This document shows, in pieces, positions 41,079-51,291 of a DNA stretch of 64,000 bases. The position numbers and the translations under genes are program-made. A model generated the notes under the pieces. It was given only the letters and a program-made list of their open reading frames with translations, ran no database searches and was not told the origin of the DNA. Positions within the stretch are counted from its first letter, which is position 1, and the number at the start of each line of letters is the position of its first letter. Source of the DNA: Nageia nagi (Eukaryota > Plantae > Pinophyta); assembly GCA_050084985.1 (NCBI GenBank), contig JBITNC010000001.1, positions 188,418,001-188,482,000 of the forward strand. Reading direction: 5' to 3'.

Positions 41079-42205
41079 ATGTGCCTATTTTTTTAATCCT
41101 TATTCTTACATTTATACTAGAATAACTTGGAAAAATTCCATTTTTCAAACATGTATAAATATATTCATACCAAGGAGAAATTGAAATACGTTCATTAGCA
41201 AAACATGAATCTTCAATAAAATCTTCAACTAGATAATCATGAGAAGGCTTACCCAAATTTGTGATTTTAATAATTATCTCTTCATATTCTATCTAAATAG
41301 GAGCCAAAGAAGTTGCACTTTCCATAACATCCACATATCCATTATTTTCCCTTGAAATATTATCAATCTCATATTCATTAAAGTACATGAGAAGATTGTT
41401 GACCATCTCCTTATATTCCCAAAGCTTCTCATTGTTTGTATTATAGATTCCATTTATTTTCTTAACAACCATTTGGGAATCAATATATACCTTTATCTTT
41501 TTCATTTTCAAAATAATTGCAACTTTCAATCCCAAAATAAATATCTCATATTTATTCATATCATTTATATAATCAAAGCTCAATCTACATGACATAGGAA
41601 TCACATTACTACATGAGGAGAAACCAATATAATTTTTGCCTCCACTCCATGGGTGCATTTGGAACCATCAAAATATAAAGTCCATTATTGATTTTCATTC
41701 TCAACAAAACCAACACACTCACCCAAAAACTCTTCATTAAGGTAGTCTTTGTGAGAGATGAAAACAAGGTCAAATTATTGCAACAACATAACCCACTTAA
41801 CAACTCATCTAGAAAGTTGGGTTTGGATAAAAGACACCTTAAATAATTTGATTGAGCAACTATATAAGTGGTATATTTAACATATAATGACTTAGATTTT
41901 TCATCACAAAGACAATAGAAAGTGTGACTTCTTAATAGGATACGTATATATTATTTCATAATCAATCCATGTATTTCTAACATAATAAATTACCCTTTCT
42001 CTAATCTCTTCATTTTTTTTGTAAGCATTGGGGGAAATGCTTTTAATGTAGTAATAATATAAAGCAAAAATGACTTATTTTCATCAAGTATAGCTAAGAT
42101 AGTAGCATTATAGATATAAATTTTTATTTCTTCAAAAAAATTAGCACTTTTGATCCAATACCAAACTTGATATCTTTCTTTTAATAAATGTGAAAATAGA
42201 GAGCA
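41079..42205 (-). pseudogene. Tat-like Gypsy pol remnant: RNase H tether plus additional archaeal-type RNase H
   Basis: FSHLLK..FEEIK..FLLYI; YEIFILGLKVAI..KIKVYIDSQMVVKKING; PWYEYIYTCLKNG. Confidence 0.7.
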
Positions 42206-45200
42206 CAGGTGGCCTTGAGATGACTTTGAAAATTTTGAAACCCTCATAGAGTGAGGTATTGTTAATAAGAAATGATTTGTAGGTTTCTCTATGAGCTACA
42301 ACTTGAGAAATATGGAACATAGAAGAGTCTTTGAGCTAAGATGAAATTTAGAAGATGGAGGTGAGAACAAACATAAGATGAAACCTATGTATGTAGTTTG
42401 AGGATGTGGACTCATGATAATCCCATAAACAAGATGTTGGGGATGAAATGGAGGAAAATAATGGAAAGTGAAAAGATGAAAAAACCTATGGAAACCAAGA
42501 GAGGACCTATGTTAAATGATAATTTGTGTTAATAATCTTCTAAGATCTATAGGGGAAACCTTTAGGTATTAGTGTGGGGCCAATACCTAGAAGCAAATCC
42601 TTGTTCCTTGACATTTGGCTTATAGCTGTTGGAATGTATAATGCATTATTATAAGGTTCTTCATGTAAATTCATTTATACTTAAGGGTATCCCTAGATAC
42701 ATTAAGTATTTAAGTGAATATGATAATGTAACTTGTCCATCAATCCATCTCATGAGCATGCCCCTTAGGTAAAAGGGTGAAGCATATCATGATATTGTAC
42801 ATTGGTTAAAAAGATGATCCAAGGGAGCAGTTTTTCCTATAAATGGAGGACCCTCTCCTTGAAGATTACTTACTCAATTTTGTAGCAAAGTTATACTCTA
42901 AGAATGTTAGGAGAAATGAGAAAGAGGCCTTATAAGAGAGTGTTCTTTGAGAATAAGAAGATCTTAAATTATTGGATGTACTTTCTCCCATGAGAGGAAC
43001 CACTTTACATATGTGTCAATTTTTTAATATTGGTTATTGTGTTTATGCTATGTTTTTATTTATGTTTTAAAGAGTTTTCATTTGATCTTGAGAGATAAGG
43101 AATTTATTCTTTTAAGATTTTTTTTCATCATTTGGTATCAGAGGTTGGTGTGATGGCTACTCTTCAACATCCTTGAAGGTTCATCCCACTCCTTCTTCCA
43201 TCTTCTTTCATGAGGTAAAAGATTTGAAGGTATAATTATCTCCTTTTTCAAGATTATTTTTTACCTCATGAGATACTACATTGTTTTTATGTGTTTTTCA
43301 CAATATATTATTGTTATGACATGACATACTAATAGTTTTTGTTAGTTACAAATTTTTAAAGAATTTGTATACAAATAACAATAATGTATTGTGATAATAA
43401 TTTTTATGTTTAAATTTTTTTGATTTCTTAAATAATTTGTAAAATTATTTTTACTTGGATAAATAAAAATGCCTTATATGTCATTGTCAATATATATAAC
43501 ATAATTTAAATAAAAAAATGTAAACATAGGTAGTTCCATTCACTTGACTATATAATGTCAATAGTCAACAACAAGGTCTATTTGTACTTTTTTTAATAAC
43601 AACACTCTAAAAAATGAAATGAGACATATTTTCCTTTCTGCATGGAAGTTGGCCCATGTTTTTACAAAATTTTATATCTCCAATGTTTGAAATATTGGAA
43701 TCATTCACAACATGCATCAATTTTCTATGTGCTTAACTTGTGATCATTGCTTTCCATGAAAATGTGACTGTGCCATGCAAATCAACTCATGGGCCAGTGA
43801 AAGAGGGGTGTGCTTCCCACCACCACAACCTCTATTTTATGGTTATCCATACTTTATTTGAGTGCTACCTTGGTGGCTCTTGTTGGTAGAGTTTTGGTAA
43901 AAGTTATGAGTTTGGCTTTACAAACTGCCACCATAATCCTTGAAATTGTATTTGCACATGCATTTTATCAACACCATGTACCTTATGTATTATTCCATTT
44001 ATTGGCTATAAAAGTTTTGCATATTGTCTAACAAGGCACCCATAACCATAACATTTGATGAAAAAAAAATCAACTACTCTTCAATGGATGTCCATCCCAA
44101 AACCTTATGTAACCTTCGTTAGTTCAACATTGTATAAGCTCATGACTATGGAGACGTTGGTGATGGTGGTTGTGGGTGTGGTGGGCTACATCGTAACCCA
44201 TCCCTTCACTCCATATTGGGGAAATACTAGCAAAGTCTATGGAGTCTACATCTAACCACCTCTCCCTTTGCTTGACCCCTCCTTTACCTCTATTTATAAT
44301 CGAAATCATGTATTAATAGAGGTTGAAATAATAGGCCATAAGTTGCCTTGGTGTAGCAGGAGGGTTGAAATGCAATCAGGGTATGCTCAAAGGTTCTTCA
44401 TATCTCTAATAACTCGATCAAGAGATTCTTTTTTTAACCTGAACATAATTTTTAATTGTTACTATACTGTCAAAGAAGCAATTCTTTATTGTTAATCTCT
44501 CCATCCATAACAAAGGTATTGTATTTGGCTTGTACCTTGTTGCCCCCATTTGCATTACCCTTGCAAACCTACAAGTCTTCAGATTCCTCACCTTACCTCT
44601 TAATGAGGCCCTTTAATTTTCTGCATTAGTCCTTATTAGCCTTTGTTTACATTTAAGCTATTTTTGTAAGGGAAAGGGGGGCATTTTTTATTATATGAGG
44701 AGGGAATTAATTAATTAAGAAAAGGGAGGCCTTTATTTTAAAAAGGGAGATGGTGGAATTATTAGGAGTGAATGTTTTTTTGAAGAGGGGGGGAAACTAT
44801 TTTTAGAGGGCCATTTCATATCTATTGAAAAAAATATTAGTATAGGGAGAATTTTTTAAATTCTTAAAGTGGGGTGATTTTTTAAGTAAATAAAGGGGGA
44901 GATCCCTTGATTTATTTTACTTAAAATATTGGATTTTTGCCCAAAAACATTACTCTCTCCTTGTAAATACATCCTCTTGGGGTTGTGAACAAAACCTATT
45001 GGACTCTTAGGTTTCAAAATCTGGATGGTGTATCTTTTTTTAAGTACTTTACTTTATGCACCTTTGCTCTTATCTCTTGAAAAATTGCAAATATTGAAAG
45101 TACAACCTTTAAAATGAACACATTTGCATGTTTTATTTCACAACATGACTTATTTAGGGAGCCATGAGGGGAGGATAAGGCATACTAGAGCCTTTAGTTT

Positions 45201-45443
45201 GTCAATCCAAATGGTGTAAATTTTGTACTTCTTAGTTGCCCTTAAGTCCTATGTTGGTCTGGACATAACTCCATATAGGTGGACATGCATGTGTGTGGTG
45301 ATACCACATGTCCATAATTTCATTCAAGAATTATTTTGATAACCTAGGAGGACAACTTAAAACCTAATAAAAATAAAATGTGGTTGATTCAGTATACATC
45401 ATATGCTTGGAAACTAGCTAGTACTTCTCTTTGTGAGAGTATA

Positions 45444-45835
45444 TTGTTGACCATAGAGGAACTGGTTGAGTATTGCTAGGACTTGAGCTCCATCATAGCT
45501 TGGATTTATCACCAAATGTTGCATGAGATAATCTAGGTGAAGGCCTAATTTTAAACAAGAAAATAACCTCAACTCTACCCTCTCAACAACAATGTTACTT
45601 GGTTATAATAAATGTTGAATTCACAGGACATATAATTTGTTGACCATAGAGGAACTGGTTGAGTATTGCTAGGACTTGAGCTCCATCATAGCTTCGATTT
45701 ATCACCAAATGTTGCATGAGATAATCTAGGTGAAGGCCTAATTTTAAACAAGAAAATAACCTCAACTCTACCCTCTCAACAACAATGTTACTTGGTTATA
45801 ATAAATGTTGAATTCTCAGGACATATAATTTGTTG
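45444..45835 (+). repeat. 193-bp tandem duplication
   Basis: Units start at 45444 and 45637; about 2 mismatches; TTGTTG microhomology at the junctions. Confidence 0.9.
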
Positions 45836-46299
45836 GGTTGAATATATCTTGTACAATGTGAAATTGGTTAACAATCACCATGCTTTATTGATTACCTTGG
45901 TTAAATAAATTCAACATGTGTAGTTGATTAATTTGTTCAATGAATTATAATTGTTATATAGTCTAATGATCTCATTTTTTTTATACCTTAATCTTCTTAA
46001 TGGATTGAAATTTATACTTCTTTAAGTGTAAATATTTGGTGGTATTATTAATTGAGAAATAATATCATGGTAATAAAACCTTAGAGTCTTGTGCATGATA
46101 TATGACACTATATGTAATAATACCTTCCATGTTTATAAGTGTTTTATGCAAATGAATTAGTAACTTCCATGGTTGCAAGTTTATGTCCATTTTTTTAGAT
46201 TGATATCTATCTACTTTTGAAAAGTGTTTACATTCTTCATTTTTACTAGAAAAATGAAATTTTTATGAAGTGGTTACAAAGGTTAATACAATTTAGTTA

Positions 46300-47560
46300 G
46301 GAAAATTAGGTTAACCCTTGCTCTTTCAGTAACTCAAGAATGGAAAGTTTATCAACTTGATGCTAAGAGTGCTTTTCTTAATGATGAATTAGATGTGGAG
46401 ATCTACATGAATCAACTAGAAGGGTTTGTTGTGGAAGGAAAAGAATCCCTTGTGTGCAAGCTAAAGAGTCTTTGTATGGACTTAAGCAAGCACCTAGAGC
46501 TTGGTATAAGAAGATTTTAGTATAATTTATGGATATTGGATTCTCTAAGTACTTATTTAATACAAATATATATATGCTCAATCAAAGATAAAACTTGGTC
46601 TTGATTCTTCTCTATGTATATGATATTTTCATCACACAAAAAATGATGAAATCATCCAATAGGGTATATCCAAACTTAAAGCAACATATAAAATGATTGA
46701 TCTTGGTCTCTTGTACTACTACCTTGATATGCAAGTGTACTAATACAAGGATTGTACTTACCTTAATCAATCCAAGTATATCTCAAACATATTGTAAATA
46801 TTTGGAATGGAAGAGTGAAAACCTATTATGATCCCATTCTCTTCTAGAATCACTCTAACTCTTAGCTCGAACTCTTAGTTGGTAGATGCTATGTATTATA
46901 GGTAACTAATTGCTAATATTCTTTATTTAACTATCTCTAGGCTAGATATTGCTTTGCAATAAATCTTATGACATAGTTTATGCAAAAATCATATGTTGAT
47001 CACCTCAATGTTGTTAAGCAAATTTGAGGTATGTTATAGGAATGGAGGATATTTCTCCCAAGTATTTCAAGTTGCCCTCATTTATTCTCTCAAGGTTCTT
47101 AGATTTTGACTATGGGGGAGATAGAGATGATAGGAAATCAACATTTTCTCATGTGCTTAGCATTGGTTTTGGTGTTATCTTCCAAGAAGTAGCCTATTAT
47201 TTCTCTTTCCACCATAGAGGTAGAATATCAAGCCATGTCTATTGTAGCTTAGGAAGCTATTTAGCTTAGGCATCTTTTGAAAGAAATTTGGTATGAGAAA
47301 GCTCATGCATATTATATTTATTACGATAATTAGTCAAATATTATGTTAGCAAAGAACCCTATTTTCCATCAGAGAATAAAACATGTTGAAATCTAAGAAT
47401 ATTTTATCAGAGAGAATGTTTTGGATGGTATCCTACAATTGAAATATTGTCCATCAATCCTAAGCTCCACTAATTTATTCACCAAGCCTCTTCTTGAAGC
47501 TCAATTATGAAAGCTTAGCAAATCTATTTGAGTGGTGAAGTTACCCTCTAGGGGGAGTGA
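46300..47560 (+). pseudogene. Decayed Copia RT-RNase H
   Basis: QLDAKSAF, LYGLKQAPRAWY and KNPIFHQRIKHVE motifs; colinear with 53935-55207. Confidence 0.85.
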
Positions 47561-49326
47561 AGGTTCAATTCTTATTGAATTCATATATGTGATGATAACT
47601 TTACTCCTAGGAGGATCTTTTGGATGTATAGTGTTAACCTTTTTTGTACTCTTTCGTAGTCAATTCACTATATGTGAGGAAGTAGTTGTACATTTTTGAG
47701 TATATGATGGCCTTTACTAGTACTATTCAGTTATCAATATGTAAGGAATTAGTATATGTTAGAATTTGTAATGAAATATTATGAATATCTAAACTCCTTG
47801 TAAATTCAATTAATCACTTAAAGGATATGTAGATACCTTAAGGGATTAATTGAATTCTTTATTATGTAGACTTTGACCTTACCATGGGGTTAGTTGGTAG
47901 GTTAAAGTTAGGTGATACATTTATTGTAACCCTAACCTTACCCTTGGGTTAAAGGGAGGTTAGGGAGGTGCTCTCATGCTATAAATAGAGGGCCTCTCCT
48001 CTTGTAAAATAACTAAGTTTTGGAGTAAGATTACTCTACTAGTTTGTGTAGGAGAGAAAGAGAATTGTAGTAAGAGGTGCATAGATTGAGAATTGAGAAC
48101 TAGTTGTGGATGTACTCCCAAGGAGGGAGGAACCACATTATATTTGTGTTATCTTGTGTGAATGGTGTTATTAGCTTGTAGATGATGAATGATTGAGTTT
48201 CCTAGTCTTGGACCTTGAGGATTAGTGTAGTTCTAATTCCTTCAATTGGTATCTAGAGCTTGGTGTGGAAGCTCTTCTTCTACATCTTGGAGGTCCTTCA
48301 TCCTTCTCAAATTTGGAGATCTTAATCCTAATCTTCATTGTGAGGTAAAAGGTTTGCAAAGGTATAACCTTCTATCCTTCTTTAACTAAGTTCATTATGA
48401 TACTAATTTTTTGTATGATTATGCTAGCTCAATGCCTTAGCAAAAATAACTTCAAATACCATAATATATTTTTGCTATTCTCTTCTTACTAACAATATTT
48501 TATGTTAGTAATCTATTTCTAATGTACAAAGAAAATGCTTTTTTAGAGCAAAAATATATTATGATAGCATCTTATTGAAAAGTTTTGTTTACAATAGTCT
48601 TTTGTGAAAAATATCAAAAAAAGGTGCAATTTTTTACATACGTTATTGTTGAAATAAAAAGTGGAGGACTTTATTTTATTTACAAGTTTTGAAATATTTA
48701 CATAGTATTTTTTTTACATATAAGGAGGATTTTTTAAATTGTCAATTTATAAATAAATAAAAAAATAGCTTCATGTGAGAAGAGCGCAGACGTCAAGGGA
48801 GAGGCATCTGAAGCCGTTAAGCCAGATTCGTAATTGGATGGGGCTTTGGAATAAGACAAGAAACTTCTGTTCCATCCTCCTCCTCCTTCTTGGTATCTAC
48901 AAATTATTTGACAAGATGCCTCTCTTGACCTGTCCAACCCTCCTTCCACATTGTGTTACATTCTCCTATCAAGTGAAGGCCCTCTCTATCGCCTTCGCTC
49001 ACGGTCTGACTCTCACCCTCCTAACTTGCATGTAGTGGTTTAAGTAGATGCAACTGTCAGTTGTAAAGCTGAACTCTGAAACCTATACAATGCCACCGTA
49101 GCCCTCTATGCGCACCTTCTCAGAGTAGATTACAGTGTTTGACTCTCATACACCATACCTTCGCTAGATAAACCCGCCCTTTCCTCTATCATGTATTTTT
49201 GGTCATAGGTATGGCTCTATGGATTTTTTTTTGGGGGGGTCGACCTTGACTAATCTTTTTTTAATCTTACATCACCCTCATTAGGCTGCGACCATTCCTC
49301 CTTGCAAATATGTAGAATTTATTTTT

Positions 49327-49376
49327 AGGGATGAGAGAGGCTCAAACTCTCGACCTATGTGCTTGCCAACTACACC
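49327..49376 (-). pseudogene. Elongator tRNA-Met-derived fragment lacking the anticodon arm
   Basis: Minus strand GGTGTAGTTGGCAAGCACATAGGTC-GAGAGTTTGAGCCTCTCTCATCCC versus recalled plant tRNA-Met(e) GGCGCAGTTGGCTAGCGCGTAGGTC...AGGTCGAGAGTTCGAGCCTCTCTCACCCC; mismatches are mostly C>T or G>A. Confidence 0.72.
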
Positions 49377-51291
49377 CTCGTGGCCCCATCAGCATAGGCC
49401 CTTCGTATCCCATTCAATACTGTGTATTGGTAAAAACCTCACAATTTTAATCTACTCCTTATCTTCCCCTCCTCACGTAGCAACTTCCCTCCTCTTGCAA
49501 CTCTCCTCAAACCACTTCAGCCTCTTCTCCGCCCTGGCATCAACTCGGATAGCTCGACCTGGCCTTGGTGGTTTGCACGACCTTTGCTCCTCACCACTCA
49601 CCTCACAGTCCCTCAAAATGGACCTCCTTTATGTTGCATGCCTCCTCCAACGACCCTCTCCTATCTTGTGACATTGCGTAAACTAAGAATAGCACCCCTT
49701 CTACAATTCTGTACCCCTTCTTATTTCCTTCTTTGTGTATTAATTTTTTGTTGACTAAATGCACTTCCAAAGAAGCAACGTTTACTCCTTCTTGGTAAGG
49801 GAAGGGTAGCCATCACTATTTTACCTATGTGCATTTTTTTTTTTTTGACTTGGAGTGCTTGAGGTAAAAGGAGCATTAACTAAACATAGGTCTCCGTTCT
49901 TTTACATTATTACTTGCAAGCTCTCTAGAAGCAAACATATACTTTTTGGTAGGCATTTAATATTTTTTTGCTTGCTTACAAGTCATTTGTTTCTATTAAA
50001 TGCACTTAGAAGTACTTATACTCCAACTTTAAGCATTGACTATAATACTTTAAAGTAAGTATTTTTTTTAGAAAAATGTGGCACATAGAAGATATTTTGG
50101 AGTATAATTTTCTCTAAGTATGGTAATTTACTTAGGCAAAACATTTTTTTAGTAAAAATTTGCTAAAGTAATCTAATTATGCTATTTTTTTTAAGTAAAC
50201 AAGGGAAATTTTTTACTTAAAATGCATACTTAAAAGACAATTTTTAGCATACAATTTTTTAGGGATAAAACTTTAAGTGAAAAGGGGGGAATTTGTATAA
50301 TTTTTACTTAAAACTTTATCTAGATCTTGCATGCTAAATTTGTAATGCATGCCTCTTAATCTCATTTGAGGAATAAAGCATGCTTAGTACTTAAAATTTT
50401 AAGTTAAATAGTGCATTTTTAATAAGATAAATGATGCATGTTTATTACTTAATTTTTTAAGTTATGGAATAATGCATGTTTGATTTTTCAAGTTATGGAT
50501 TAATGCTAAGTAGGACTTAGCCTTTTAAATTCATTAAAGTGTTTGAATGAATTTATGAACTTGAGCAAAGTATGCAAAATGTAAAATGTCCTTTAGGGGT
50601 TAGTACAAAATCCATTGAACTCTTAAGGTTTCAAGTTCTTGTGGATGATGTATTTTTAATACTTTAATTTATATTTTTACATAATTGCTTTATACTTGCA
50701 AAATGCAAAATATTAAAAGTAACCCCTAAAATGAACACATCCGCACATACTTTTCCACAACATGACTTGTTTGGGGAGCCATGAGGTAAGGACAGGGTAG
50801 ACTGGAGCCTTTTTAGTCCGAAGAACCAAGTGGTGGTAAATATGTCTTAATTACCCCTAAGACCTCTGTTGGATTGGACATAACTCTATTAGGTGGACAG
50901 GCATGTGTGTAGTGATACCACATGTCCGCACGTCCATTCAGGGATTATCCTGATAACCTAGGAGGAAAACTGAAAACCTTAAACAAGATAATTAAAATGG
51001 TCGGTCCAAGATACGTTGGATCCTTGGAAAATAGTTGGTACTTCTCCTTGAGAGAGTATATTACTGACCAAGGTGAACTGGTTGAGGACTGGTAGTACTT
51101 GGGCTCCACTCTGCGGGCATCCAGGTGAAGGCCTAATTCTATACAAGAAAACAATCTCAACTTTGTCCTTCTATGGATCTTGGTTTATAAGTTTGCACAT
51201 GTGGGACATGTTTACTTATCAATGTTTTATTTGTATAGATGGTAAATTGTAAAAATTTTCATTTTTCTTGCTTATTTACTTTTGTGTAGCA

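Noticed and set aside
47926-47965. Interstitial telomere repeat
   Set aside because: Only two or three imperfect units, forming part of an LTR palindrome
48975-49670. Aquaporin-like (ALSIAFAHGL) and MYB-like (GEGRWR) peptides; also UGT-like LRGWVP near 61970
   Set aside because: Matches of 6-10 aa are too short to call without a search; kept only as motivation for the capture test
50945-50975. Hammerhead ribozyme core (CTGATAA..GAAAAC)
   Set aside because: Does not match CUGAUGA/GAAA with the required three stems and is not conserved in the other copies
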